Shown here piece by piece: positions 12,733 through 27,200 of a DNA stretch of 64,000 nucleotides. Made by a program: the position numbers and the translations under genes. How positions within the stretch are numbered: position 1 is the stretch's first letter; the number at the start of each line of letters is the position of its first letter. Origin of the DNA: Marsupella aquatica (Eukaryota > Plantae > Marchantiophyta). Location of the stretch: contig OZ316892.1 of NCBI GenBank assembly GCA_973895155.1, positions 29,084,932-29,148,931 of the forward strand. The letters are read 5' to 3'. A model generated the notes under the pieces. That model made no database searches and was not told where the DNA came from. It saw nothing but the letters and a program-made list of their open reading frames with translations.

Positions 12733-15700
12733 CTAAATAGTTACGTTGCCTATCATTTGAAACTCAAATTCCCTCACACTTTCAACCAAGATGCTCATGC
12801 TGTTATCAAATTCGTGAGTAGCACCATCTACTTCGATACTTGTCACGCTTGGATCCACAAACACCTTGCACACATCCTCATTGGGAGTTCTCCCTGTTGT
12901 ACCATGGTAATGGTAGTAATGCAGCTTATTTTCGTAACAATTTCTACAATCCTGAAAATTCATGTGAGTAATGGTCTCCCACTCTTCCATCCCTGGTGGC
13001 ACCTGCCATAGTACAATAGCAGAAGATCTTGTCAACAAGCTGCCAAGATTGTGATTTAAACAAAAACCAAAATGTTCTTAGAATAGATGTCTACATCGAA
13101 CCTTCCTTCACAGGTACTCTAGCAACAAGAGCCCTCTTGCGATGATCTCACTCAGGCTTTCAAGCGAACTAATCTCTTATCTGTCAAGCTGTCACTCCAG
13201 TGCGAAATATTTCTTGGAACTTCTTTTATACCCACCGCATCCCAAGGTCCCTCTCGGATGAAAATATAATTCAAAAACAGTCCAAGAACAACTCAGACAG
13301 ACATTATTTGCTCAAGTGCTATCAAATCTACCTGAGTAATTTACTCACTTCAACGTTCCTTGCAAAGAAGAGTTCAATGTATCCAAATTTTGAGACGAGA
13401 CCAAAAGTAAAAGAACTGTATTACTCGTCGGATAGGAAAAACAAAAAAGCAGTATAACTCTCCCGCGTCATGAAAACAATGCAATGCAGAGTGTAAACAG
13501 CCATTGAAATTCTGGTGGAGACATGCAACAAGATTGGTCCATGTAGAGCTATCCAGTAATTCGTTGTCCATGACTCACTACAACAGGCCAAGTACTTAAT
13601 TAATCATAGAAAGTGGTGTGTTCAGAGGATTTCCTCCCTGAACAAATTATGACAATCAAGTCAAGAAGAAGTAGAAAGAAACAGAAACTTAGCAGGCTCG
13701 TAGCTATACAATACCTCGACATGACGGGCCCAATGGATGCCTCTACCCAGCACATATTTTGCTTGATGGATAGCTTTGACATCTCGCCAATGTGACCAAT
13801 TTTCGTCAGATGTATTCACCTGACGGCGGTAAACCAACTTCTCCATTGCCCATTGCCTGAAACAACCCGAGAATCCAAATGCGTTGTAAGTTTTCATGTT
13901 CAAATGCTGACATGAGAAGGGCACAATCACCAGACATAAACCTGTGTGAATGTGGCTCATCTCTGTACCACGTTTTCAAAGCACGTTAAATCTTCACATC
14001 CCATTTCGGCCAGTAAGGAAGTAAAGCGAAAAGGAACATGAATGAAGTGATGGACGAATGAAGGGCCCTTACATAGAATGAGGTCAGGACACATGAAGAA
14101 GCGGACCAAAGGATTCTTGAAAAATGGTTCAAGGTTGCAGATTCCCTTACCTCGTTGTTCTAACATAGAGCGAATTAAGCTTTAGGTAAAAATTGTCCTC
14201 TAATTGGTACACGGAAAACGAGTGGGAATAGGAGACAAATTTCCTTAGGGACCTGATCGTGTTCGCAGGGACACTCTAAAAATCCAGTATCTCACATTCA
14301 TTTCTATTTCTCGTGGAAATCTAATGAAAGTTAAGTTACAGGAGAGTCAATGCTAGGATCATCCTGAGAGACATTGAACGCGTTCACTAGACTACCTTTA
14401 GAATTGAAATCTAAGAGGAGCATTCCATATCCTCTTCAAAAACACCATTTGAATTTTCTTATCTTGGGGAGGGCTCACATACATTCTCAATTGCTACAAG
14501 GGTTTCATGTTTAACGAAGTTACAGGAGCGTGCATAGATGACTCACTGGTACAGACACTCCATGTAATTTTGTCACTAATGAGGCACTCGTCACCTTTCT
14601 GTCAAACATCTTTGAATGACACCCGTCAGCAATCAAAATGGAAAATTAGAGAACTCAAGAGAGAAATTAGGTAGGGAGAGGGAGGCGTCTACCTTTGATG
14701 TAAGGTCGGGTCGGCATCATTTCTTACACAATGATCTGGAAGCATGGGCATCTGCTGCAGCTCGATGGTGATCGCTCTTCTTCCCCTCTTTGCCATTTCA
14801 GACATAAGCTCGTGAAAGCTGGATTCGAGGAGACCCCCATGGGATAAATGCAGGTACTCATCGAGGTCGAAGAAGAAAGTCCATTTGGCAAGAGTTTTGG
14901 CGCGGAGCAAACAGTCATTCGCCAGGACAAACTGATTTAAATTATGGGCAGTGTATCGACCTTGCATCCTGACATTCATGATGCTTATTCGCCCGAGCTT
15001 CACCCATGGTTCCCATACTCTCCAGATTACATCGTCAATACCTGAAACCAATGGCAAATTACATTCGAAACAAATTCTAAGAAGCCAAGATTTTCTGATC
15101 AGATTTTTGACTGCTGAAATGGCCCTGGTCTTGCTTCCCTTTTGAGGACAGTAAGGTTTTCTTTCAGCGTTGAGATGGACTACGATGTTCCTCGCCAGGT
15201 TGGAAACAGAAACGAGATCATTTAAAACTCTCGATAACCACTGCAAAAACATATGGCATAAACAGAAAAAAAAAATCTGTAACTCTGTAAACACCCAAAG
15301 GTTCATGCTACATGCGTTTGTAAGTCAATGAGATTTTGAGAGAATATCTTCATCCACCCATTCTTGTTTTTGTTCCAGAAACTCCTGGTTGAGCTAGACC
15401 AGTACCATCTATGCTTTAGAACTCCTCGAATTATACCTCTTCTTTTTAACAATTACTAAGGTTTCCTATGTCTGCCTCTCCGTTCACTTACCCCCGGTTG
15501 GGGATCAAGGTGTATTGAAATCAGTATTGTATTGACTGAGATATTCATTCGATTCTTCCAACATAAAATTGGAAGACGAAGGAAATGTTCACATTTTTCA
15601 CTTCAGAACATCGAGGGTACCAATTTGTACATACCGCCTGTGTCGTAGAAAATGAAATGCGAATTTTCGCCGAAGAGTCTCATGTGGTAAGCGATCCACT

Positions 15701-17958
15701 CCCTTGCTCGGTAGGGACTGATTGAACCGCGGAGAGGAGGTCCACAATACAAGTACTCATACTGGAACTGATCGTCAAAAACGGAACCGTTATAAGCTCC
15801 CGGTTCCTCAACCATGGCCACGAATTCCACACCTCGCAACCCATTGTATAAGTATGATTCGTCGCGATTCGCAATCATCATCAACTGACCACCTTCACTA
15901 TCGATGCCGACCGGCGCTTCGAATGTACAATAGATCACTACAGCGATGTATTCCAATTGGTTAGTAAATGTCACATCGTCATCTATATACGACGTGGCTG
16001 TACCAATGATCACGTCATGTCCGAACCCTTCGCCGTCGCTCCGTGTTGCCTGCCAGTCACCGCCAATCACGACGAATCATCATCATTCGTGATCCGCCAA
16101 TCAACACCATTATCCACATTTACACAATATTCTTACGCTTTGCATGATCGTTAACATCCAACTGAGTTATATCCCGAGCTCGGTCCCCAGAAATGTCGAC
16201 TGAGGACTAGGCACAACTTCTTGCGTCCCCTCACCTTTCCCAATCACTTTCCCGAAAACTTCAGGGTAATCGAGCGTCGAAGTCATGTTGTGGTTCCAGA
16301 GAATTTGTCCTCAACGGTTATGGCAAACCCGTACGAGGGCACGGACTCGTCCACAACAATAAGATTTAGGTTTCCAAATCCGCAGGCCAGCACACTCCCC
16401 TGCCCTCACCAATATTATGGACGCAGAATCGAAATAGAAATCCAGACAAGCTGGGAATCTCATTGGCCACGTCAATGTTTTGTGAGGTGACTGACCTCGG
16501 TGAAGATATTTGATGTCGACTTCGATTTCGACGACGAAGACGGGACCCAAGAACACTTGAAGGAAGGCTTGCTCACTCGATACAAATGCTTAGTGCCCAG
16601 TCCTGTCACCCCAAAGGTCGTGGGAGTGGTGCGGTAAGCGCCCACCAGGACGAACAGGAACGAGCTAATGCCCATGGGAACGAATCTTCTTTGAGTCTCT
16701 CCATAGGCCTCCTCCCCGAATCTTTCTTGCTCCCTGATGTCCTTCACTTCCGGAGACTCCCACTCCCATTTATACTGCACTTCAGAGCGCCCTTCCCGAT
16801 TGGCGTTAAGCTGTACATTCAATTGCACTTTGTAACTGACCCGTTTGAGAACGTAGACGGAGAGAGGGACAGGACACTGAGTTTGGTTGGGAATACCTCA
16901 CGTACTGTACTACCAGGCCCATGAACGGAATTTTCTTTTCGCAGGGTCTATGACCCTACAACATCAGAGAAGAGTTGACATGTTGATAGAATCAAGAGTT
17001 AGCATCTAGTCCTGAAAAGTTTGAAGAGTCGAGGAAATGATTGTGAAACGAGTTTGCGACATAAATGAAGGATTTGCGACGTTCGTAGGTAAGGGTCAAC
17101 TTAAAAAGGTTAGCACCTAGCTCCTGTCAAGTACGAACTTCGAGTACGTCGTTTTATAACATATGAGAAGGACTGGAGCTGTTCATTTTTTAACTAACCT
17201 CTCAAGGATAGCATCCTAGCCAGAACAGGTGCAAGCTTCTCAGACACGTTCGAATCCCAAAACATCATACATTTGAGAGCTGTTCGGTTCGTTCTCGACC
17301 TACGGTAACAAGTTATGCATCCACTTTCGCCTGGTATGGACTGCAAAGACATGATTGCGATTCTACCAAACCAGAGGAAAACTTGAGAAAAGAGTCTACC
17401 GAAGAAGGTCAGTATGTGTCTAAACAGCTTTCATCCTCAGCATGTATAATCGATTTCTGATGTTACGACAAAAAGGTCGCGGGCATTCTACTTCTCGGAC
17501 TCCACTGCGTCTCATTTTTCATTCGTGAGTGTTGGTAATCTTTCGGCAAGTCGATGATACCGTTGTCGGACAAAACTTCAGCTCAACATTTGACTATAAA
17601 GCTTAGTATGCGGCCGTCACGTTAACACTTGTGCACAGCTCGTATACACTTTACTTACGTCTTCTCACAAACAGCTTGACGGAACTGGGGGACCACTTCA
17701 AAACACATCTCCGACCCAGTTTCAGCTGCTGGACGGAATGAAGAAGCGAATTGAACTTACGCTCTCATTAGACATTGCTCTTCGTCCTCCAGATAGTAAA
17801 CTGCACACACTCCCGCCATCCGACCAGCTCACAAAGAAGTACCGCAGGGAGATTCCTATCATGAGAAACAAGGTGAGAATGATCCCCCAATGGCGGGTAT
17901 GCGCAATAATCATTCTCAAGTCCAGTCTGAAGCGCTTGTTCCTAGATTTCGTCTTCAT
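12733..17958 (-). CDS. GALS: GT92 (DUF23/PF01697) galactan beta-1,4-galactosyltransferase-like glycosyltransferase, copy A; apparently intact type II membrane protein
   Basis: Approximate exons 17958-17761 (TM segment WGIILTLFLMIGISL), ~16955-16906, 16835-16496, 16049-15635, 15041-14693, 13856-~13689, 13027-12733. GALS-like motifs GAYR..FGVTGL, YLYCG..L.G.ISP.RAREWIAYH..FGENSHFIFYD.GG, NQF.LANDCL.R, KWTFFFDLDEY (DxD), YYHYHG. Some splice sites are weak and inferred. Confidence 0.88.
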
Positions 17959-19278
17959 GATGAAGCTATTCGGCAGCCCTGGAGATCTCAGTCGCGGTCT
18001 CCAAATAGCCTCTCCTCTATATCAGTCCATAGTTCGCATTTCCACTTAACGAACGTTGTCGGTGCAGCGTTCTTGTCGGTGACGCATCTTCCATAGCTCA
18101 GCGAGGAAGCTCCACCCGAGCTGAGACGACGAGCAAGTGAGGGCTCTCCTTAACAAAGCTGTCGACCGTCCATTCATCCTCAGGCAGGAAACGCACGGGA
18201 CAGGAGAGAAAGAAGGGGATTTTTTAATTTTCTTCCGTTGACGTTAGAATATGGTAACAGACTCTCCCGAATCCGCCGACACATTCCCATGAACTGCAGG
18301 AGCCATCACTGCACCCAATTCTAGTACGTCAAATTCAGACATCAATAATTGAATTCTCGACAAGCCTGTCGGGCACAGAGAGAGAGTGTTTGTAACGCAA
18401 CGATTTCTCATTTCTGTGCTTACTTCCCATGAAATGTTTCAGCCCAAAGTACGACAGTATCACTAACTTTACGGAGACAGAGTGTGAGAAGATCGACTGA
18501 TCCAGCTAAGATTTCTTGAGCAAATGCTTTGGACCTGGGTTGCGAACGAATTGGACGAAAGTCCGAAACAGATTTGTAATTAATGAAGCTTGACTGCAGC
18601 TGTGGCTGCTGTGCCAAGATACTGTTGTATTTGCAAGTGAATGGAAGAGTCAAACGAGCTCTCTCCCCCCTATTACCCCATAGACTGAGAGATGTCAGAT
18701 GGCGATAGCTCAGAACCCGGGCTGGGCTTGCAACCAGAATTCTCGCTGCGCACCATAATTTAATAATAATGTAGTGGTACGAGAAACCTGGAAAACGTGC
18801 TGTGCACAATAATTTAATAATATAATGGTACCAGAAAGCTGTCGTCCACTGCAGGACAATTTATTATCAGCCATGCGCTCCTTCCTCCACTGCACTTCTA
18901 CTGTGGACTATTTATGATGGTCCAGCTTGTCATGCGCTCCTTTACATATTTAGAGTGACTCACATTGATTATGGGTGGTGGGGAAGATTCACTAAAAAAG
19001 CTATCTTGAGAGTTTCATTAATTGTCTCCCTTACATAACTACAGTATTAGGACCAAAACAAATTTATCTGATAGGCCCTTAGTAAACTTTTCTTAGAATC
19101 TAGAGCTATTTTCTTGATCGACCCCCAAAATGAAACTTGTTATTTGAAGACCCCCTGAGATCTATTAACGGTCCAGATCTGAGATCGAAAGGTCCATCAA
19201 CGATCCAGTTGGGGAAAAGTATTGAAGGGGTTGATTAAGCAAACTTTTTCCATAAGGGAATCTACTAAGCATATCTCT

Positions 19279-22200
19279 CTAGAATCTAAGATCATTCTTC
19301 ATGTAGGCCCATTCCTTTTGAAGCATCTCAGCAGTAACCCGGTCAAGGCCAGGGGATTTATCTAATGGGAGATCAAATACCATCGTTTCAATTTTGTCCT
19401 CATGAAGCATGCAGGTAATATTAGCATTCTCCTCCCTGGACACTTTTTTGGTGATCAAGTTGAGAATCTCCTCTCTGTGTGTGCTTGAACCTTGGGATCC
19501 CCCTTGCACAAGCTCGAGTATAAGCTAGTAATTTCCTTGAGGATTTGTTCTTCATCTTGGCAGGTGGTACCGTTCCATGGCATGTGTTGCCTTAAGTTGG
19601 TTGAAGGAGTATTTAGTAGGCGCTTCTCCCAATTGCTCCATCTCCTGAGTTTAATTGCATCCTCCAGTGCTCCTTTTCTGGCCATTTCTTTTGCTTCCCG
19701 GAGCTCATCTGCAAAAGCCCACTCAGGATGATAACCTGTAGCAATTCTAAGCCCCTGCAGTAATTCTAAGCCCCTGCAACTCAGAGCCAGGATGCAAGAG
19801 CAAGCAGTTGGCATTTATATCCCTCTTCTCCTCTTGAAGAGTTCTTTTGATTGCCCCCATGCTATGTCCCAATTGATCCGCGGATCTTGGATCTCAGCCG
19901 TGTGTTTCTTCCATGTTTCTTTCCGGTCATCTTCCAACTCTTGTTTTATGATGATGGACACGTCCATCTTGAAGTAGGTGTTCTTCTTTTATTTTGTTCA
20001 GGGCTTTGTTTAAGCACAAAAGCAGTAGACACCGGGGTGTGATCTAACAAAGTTTCTCTCCCATCATGCACACACGATTTGACAAAATCACACCACTGAT
20101 TTTTTGTTGTTGTTGTAGTTCCTATCAAGCCTAGATTGATCAAGATGCCGAGCATGGGGTACCTGTCTCGTGTAATGTGGGCCATTCCTATCCCCGGCAC
20201 AAAAATAATTATCAACCAGATCTTTGGCTGAGTTTGTTCCATGCCCTTGCCATCAACCATGGAGAAGCATGTTGGGCCCCACGAAGTCATCCCAAAGCTC
20301 CGTCATATTCCAGTCTCTGCTCAAGATCCAATTGGATGCTTTGAGATTTGTTCTCAGCCAGTTCCACAGGGCTTTCCTTTAATGCTTGTCTTTCATTCAG
20401 GGCGTACAATAACCCAATGCTTATTAATTTCCCCTATTCCAATTTGGATGCTAACCCAAACAAAAGTCCCGTCTCCTTTTCAACCTTGGCATACAATCTT
20501 GTAGAGCCCAGGGACAATGATTGTGGCCCCCACCTTGCCTTGCTCATCGCAATCCATGAGTTTTGTTCCTCTGTGAGTTTTGTTCCTCCTTACTGCAGCA
20601 ACTCAAATTGGAATGTTGCCCTTTCTTGCTCAATCTTCAATTCTTGGAGAAAAATGATAGACTTCTCCTGTTTATTCTCCCTAATCCACTTTTGTATTTG
20701 CTTCACCTTCACCAGGTCGTTGAGTCCCCGAATGTTCCACTGCAATATAGTGATCTCTTCATTCAGCATAGGACTATGTTTATGTAGCTCCTGTGCTTGG
20801 AGCTCAGTTTCCTTTCTCTCCATTCTTTTTCTTTTTCTTTGTCTTGTTTTTGTGGGTCTCTTGCTACTCTTGTCTCCTGTTAGGGCCACTGTCAGCCCAC
20901 CAAGGTCGGCTCCCGACCTTGATATCAATCTGCCTCCTGGTGTCCAGTGATGCGGAGGGTGTATGGAGTCCCCTCTGATAGAACTTCTGCCATTTGTTTG
21001 TTGCTCGCAAAACTGGGTGTACTAGTCATGCTCAAGTTTTTCTTGGTCTTTTTTAGGAGTTGGCATGTCAGTGTTCCTATTGTGGATTGTGACAGATTTT
21101 TCCCTGCATTCAAATCTCTACTTGGTGAGGCAAGAGCTTTCGGTGCATTTTTGGTTGTTTCGGTTTCCATTGGTTTGTTTGTTTGGGCTGCTATGCTCCT
21201 GTGAATGGGAATGGGAATTTGGTCTTTACTTGCTACATTTCCCTGATCCCTGCCTCCCATCGCTTGGGCCAAGCCAGTGATCTCGGTTCCTCCTCTCCTC
21301 CCGCCTCTCCTTCGGCTCTTTTGGGTCCCTTCTGAGATTGTTTGCTCGAGTGAACAGTTCTTGTTGTTTTGGCTTGGTTCAATTTCTCCTTCTTCCATTT
21401 CGGAATCTGCTGCGAGCCTCAAATGGTTGGGGCCGTGTCTTGTTGCATCTTTGTGTTCTCCCATCTTCTTTGTGCCGCTAGTCTGTCCAAGGCCCTTGAC
21501 AGTGGTGTAACCTTCCTCATCTGTCGCTCCCTTCCCCAGGTTATTTGTCGTTGCTATTGATCCCTGGTTAGCTTCCGATTTTTGCTCCTCAGGGCTCTTT
21601 GCCTTACTTGGTTTTCGTGGGCAGTACTGGGCGATATGCACACGTTGTTTGCATGCAAAGCACGTATCCGGTATCGTCAAGTATATCACATCCACACAAT
21701 ATCTGTCTACATCCAGAATCACCATGTCATTCCACTAGATCCTCATTGAGGTTACAGAGAACACATCCTCTGATGTGGGAAAACTTACTTTAGTGTTTGT
21801 CGTTTGTACGTACAGAACAATGCCTACTTTGGCTAGCATTTGATTTGTGTAGTATTCAGATGCAAAATTCAGCAGCGGGAGATCCATCCAAACCAGAGCT
21901 TTGGTAGACCTCATTGTATTTGCATCGAAGTCTAGGGTCCATGGCATAGCCAGAACCATCTTTCTCCCCATATGGAGGTATGGTTCAAGAAGAATAGCTT
22001 TTGTTCAACAGGTGATGAGACAACAATGAGGAATGTGTAGTGGGGTAGCACTTTAATTTGCTCTATCATTATGTGCATCCTAAGTCCTAAACCCTCATGG
22101 GCCCATGCTTCAGAGAAATCTCTCGATGGATTGATGTCAATCTCTCGATGGATTGATGTCAATCTCTCGATGGATTGATGTCCTCTACGTACATAATAAC

Positions 22201-22646
22201 CCCTTTGTTTAATTTGAAGATGCAAAATTCTGCTAGCAACTATGTTCTTATCCATAATGAGTTTCTTTTTGCATTATTGGGGATGGATTGTCAGGTACTT
22301 GAGGCAGATGCGCAAGTTTCTCCCTAAGGTCCTCATTCGAGACATGCATCCCGGCTTCTTTGTCCAGATTATGGTCATAGGGATTTTTGTCCTCTTCTTC
22401 TTCTGACTGGTCTACCTGTGAGTCTTCTTGTCCTGGGTTCCACACAGGGTCACCAAACCCAAAACCCCCTCTTGTGCCATCTAGTTGGTCAGTTGCTTCC
22501 ATTTCTTCCTGGTTTTCTAATGGTGAATTCCATCTTCCCCCACATCTTCCTTCCATGTTGTCTGCCCCAAAACTCTTGTTGCTCGTCGTGTTGTTCGGCT
22601 GTTGTGCAGATGATGTTTGGTGATACCCAAGGTGAGACCGGTCCAA
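19279..22646 (-). mobile_element. Decayed L1-clade LINE: ORF1 plus 5' part of ORF2; RT region missing
   Basis: ORF1 remnants MPWTLDF..VWMDLP (DUF4283-like) and zinc knuckle CFACKQRVHIAQYC. ORF2 endonuclease start ITILQWNIRGLN...IIFLQELK and pre-RT DKSPGLDRVTAE. Many stops and frameshifts. A 22-bp unit repeated 3 times at 22117-22182. Confidence 0.85.
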
Positions 22647-24231
22647 CAGGTGGAGTGACCATGCATTCTCCTGTCTGGTTTCAATGTGATTTATCTTTTC
22701 CGTGGACTATGACCCGTGCATGGTGGGAAACATATGGTTGACCATGTAGTTAGGTACCACATAAGAACCATGTATACAGAACCTAAGTAGGGGGCCTAAT
22801 TTGTAACAAAAGTTTTACAGCGGCCCACCACATAAATTTGTTTTGGCAAGGGTCCCATCAAGCATATACCTCCCCGCATTCGCCATTGGGTGTAAATTTC
22901 TTCTGTCAGTAGCATGATTGAATCTAGTTTTTGGGTGCAATGCATGTATCAGCTTGGAGCTTAGAGACCTGTTGGGTTTCAATAAGATGCTTTACCACCA
23001 GGCCTGGGACAAGGCCTGGGACTTGCTGATGTAAAACTTTCAGCTCACGCCTGAGATTTATATGGATAATCGTATCTGGTATACATTTGCAGCCAGAAGT
23101 AGCTTCGGTCAGGTCTCGATAACTGCACATCAAAATATGACATACACAATGTATGACATTTGGATGTGTGATTAGTGGCAGGGCTCAACGAGGACCCAAA
23201 CCAACCATGCATTGTAGGTTCATATGTATCCATTGTTTATAATACTTTTAATGCTTATGTTTATAGATTAATCCGTGTCACCCAAATAGAGAGCCTCTCA
23301 AAATAGAGTCTAAAAGTAGAGTACAAAGCTAGCCTACTTCTCTTTCAACTACAAAGTACTGTACCTCTTAAGGTACATTAATTCAATTTAATGTACTTGT
23401 CTTTCAACCAGAAAGTATAGTACTTCTCCTCACTTCAAAGGTGTACATTTTTATTTTATTACTTTCTTATAATCATTGTTTCAATACATTTTAATACCAT
23501 ACCATAGCTTCTATTTTCTGTACCAGTTAGATTAATTAGTACTCTAAATGGGGTACAGTATACTTCATTATGAAGAAGTTAATTAAAGTAAATGTGCCTT
23601 AGAGCAGGCCAGCTCTCCAATGTGTCTTACAACAGACCACCTATACGAGAGGAGTGGGCTTTGGGAAGTAGGATCTCCAAAGGGTTTAAGGGAAATATAT
23701 AAAGGAAACAAAAAAACAAGAATTTAGGAACAGTTCAGTCTCGGCATGAAAGGGGAGGGGCAGGGGAAGCAGGTAGGAGTTCACGCCATGTAGCAAGTCA
23801 GGGTCATGAGGCAATGAGACATTCAATCCCATTTTTTGGCCTGTAAGCCTACTAACCATAGTAGATCTAACAATACACACCCCATTGTAAATATGCAACA
23901 GCCCTGATTGGCTCGTGCCATTTTTGTCACTTGCATGTTGATCACTTGCTAGAGAGAGTTTTAGAGATAGAACAATAGCTTGGTCCATGTATATGATACA
24001 ATAGTAGAGAGTTACATAATACAATATAATACTAAGCTTGGATAGGATTCCCTCTCAAACCTTTTAGCTTGGACGTGATACTAACAAGATCTTTGTGTGT
24101 CACTAAAGAGCTCTGACTCTATGAGTGAGTCATCCAAGACCAAATGCAAGTATGTAGAGATCTCATCCAAGCTTAAAAGTTTGCATTGAAATCCTATCTG
24201 AGCTTATACCCCCTAAGAGTAACTGAGTTCT

Positions 24232-27200
24232 CTACATAGTTACGTTGCCTATCATTTGAAACTCAAATTCCCTCACACTCTCAGCCAAGAAGCTCATGGT
24301 GTTATCAAATTTGTGAGTAGCACCATCTACTTTGATATATGTCACATTTGGATCCACAAACACCTTGCACACGTCCTCATTGGGAGTTCTTCCTGTTGTA
24401 CCATGGTAATGGTAGTAATGCAGCTTATTTTCGTAACAATTTCTACAGTCCTGAAAATTCATGAGAGTCATTGTATCCCACTCTTCCATCCCTGGTGGCA
24501 CCTGCCATAGTAGAATAGTAGAAGATCTTGTCAACATCAGCTGCTAGGTCTGTGCTTGAAACAAAAATCTAACTGTTCTTAGACTATATATGTCTACATC
24601 TAACCTGCCTTCACAGGTAGTCGAGAAGCAAATGCCCCTCTTCACATGATCTCAGGCTCTCAAGCCAATTCACTCTTTTGATTGTCAAGCTGTCACCCAA
24701 ATGCCATATATTTTCTTGAAACTTCCTTTATACCCACCCCATCCCAAGGTCCCTCTAGGATGAAAATAAAATTTAGAAACAATCCAATAACAAAACACAG
24801 ACACTGTTAATTCTAGCACTATGAAATCTACCTCATTAATTTTCTCGTTCTTGACATTCCTCTAACAAGATTTCAATATATCCAAATTTCAAGAAGAGAC
24901 CAAACCATATTGCTCTTTACGCACAACTGTCCCCGAAGCACAACCTGGTGGATCCAGGTTACTAAAATAAACTAAAAATGGGCTCAAAATAGTTTAAAAA
25001 GTGCTCTATTTGTCCTCCCTGAACCTGGTGGACACTGGTGGTTTTAAGTAGGAACAACCTCCCCCTATCATGATAACAATGCCATGCAGAGGGTAAACAG
25101 CATTGAAATTCTAGGAGGGACTTCAACCAAGATTGCTCCATGTAGATTTATCCAGTTTTTCGTTGCCCATGACTCACTACATCTTAGAAAGGGTTATGTT
25201 GAGACAATTTTCCTCGTGAACAATTTATGTCAATCAAGTCAAGAAGAAGTGAGAAAGCAGCAGAAACTTAGGAGGCTCGTAGCTGTACAATACCTCGACA
25301 TGACGGGCCCAATGGACACCTCTACCCAGCACATATTTTGCTTGATGGATAGTTTTGACATCTTGCCAATGTGACCATTTCCCAGTTGTATTCACCTGAC
25401 GGCAGTAAACCAACTTCTCCATCGCCCATTGCCTAAAAGAACTCGAGAAAAATCCAAATGAATTGTAAGTCTTCACGTTTAAAATGCTGATATCAGAAGG
25501 GCACAATCACTAGACATAAACCTGTGTGAATGTGGATCATCAAAGAGACCTCACAAATCCAATTTTTCCAAAGCACGCTTACAATCTTCACATCCCCTTT
25601 CGACCAGCAAGGAAATAAGTGAAAAGGAACATGAATGAAATGATGGACGAATGCGGCCCTTACATAGAATGAGATGAGGACACATGCAGAAGGGGACCAG
25701 AGGATTATTAAAAAATGGTTCAAGATTGCAGATTCTCTTTCCTCTTTGTTCTTACATTAAGCCAAATAAGCTTCGGGTAAGAATTGTCCACTAATTGATA
25801 CACGGAAGACGAGTGTGAATAGGAGACAAATTTCCTTAGAGGCTTGGTCGTGTTCGCAGCGACACACGAACAATCCGAAATCTCACATTCGTTTCTATTT
25901 CTCGTGGACATCTAATAAAGCTTGAGTTACAGGAAAAGGTTACTGCAAGGACCACCCTGTATTTTGAGCACGAATGAAGATGGATTAACCCTCACCGACC
26001 AATAGGAGACATTTAGTGCGTCTGTTTTCCTTTTCACTAGACCCCCTTTACAATCGGAATCCAAGGGGAGAATTCCATTCGAAATCGGCGGAAAACACCC
26101 TTTCGATTTTCTTATCTAGGGGAGGGCTGACATGCATTCTGAAATGCTCCAACGGTTTCATATACATCAAAGTTACATGAGGGTGCATAGATGGCTCACT
26201 GTTACGGAAACTCCGTGTAATTTTGTCACTAATGGGGTACGAGTCACCTTTCAGACCAAAATCTTTGCTTGAGATTCGTAAGCAATCAAAATGAAAAATA
26301 GAGAATTCAACATAGAGATTAGTTAGGAGAGGGAGGCGTCTACCTTTGATGTAAGGTCGGGTCGGCATCATTTCTTACACAATGATCTGGAACCATGGGC
26401 CTCTGCTGCAGCTCGATGGTGATCGCTCTTCTTCCCCTCTGTGCCATTTCAGACATAAGCTCGTGAAAGCTGGATTCGAGGAGACTTCCATGGGATAAAT
26501 GAAGGTACTCGTCGAGGTCGAAGAAGAAAGTCCATTTGGCAAGAGTTTTGGCGCGGAGCAAACAGTCATTCGCCAGGGCAAACTGGTTTGCATTATAGGC
26601 ACTGTATCGACCTTGCATCTTGACATTCATGATGCTCACTCGCCCGAGCTTCACCCATGGTTCCCACACTCTCCAGAGCGCATCGTCAATACCTGAAATC
26701 AATGGCAAATACATTAGCCACAAATCTGCGGATTTTCTTCTCAGATTCTTGACTGCTTGATTAGAAATGTGCCTGGTCTTGCCTCCCTTCCGAGGACAGT
26801 AAAACTTTCTTTCAGGGTTGGGATGGACTAAGATGTTCTTGGCCAGGTTGGAAACAGTAAATAAGATCATTTGAAAATCACGATAACCACTGCAGAAACA
26901 TATGCCATAAACAGAGATTGATCCTGTAACTCTGTAAACACCCAAAAAGTTCATGCTACTTGCGTTTGTAAGTCAGTGAGATTTTGAGAGAATATTGTCA
27001 TCCACGCATTCTTGTGGACGAACTTATTCTCTCAAATCAGGAGTTTTCGTGCCGGAAACTCCTGACTGAGCTAGACCAGGATTACCTTTCTATGAATTAG
27101 AACTGCTCGAAGTATGTCTCGTATTCTAAACAGATATAAGGTTTCCGATGCCTGCCTCTCCGTTCACTTATCCCCGGTTGGGAACCTATGGGCTTCTGAA

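Noticed and set aside
20348-21560. Plus-strand ORFs up to 200 aa
   Set aside because: Antisense shadows of the minus-strand LINE ORFs.
23368-23601. Possible small MITE (TAAGGTACATT...AATGTGCCTTA)
   Set aside because: Inverted match is short and imperfect in AT-rich DNA, with no TSD; not reported as a feature.
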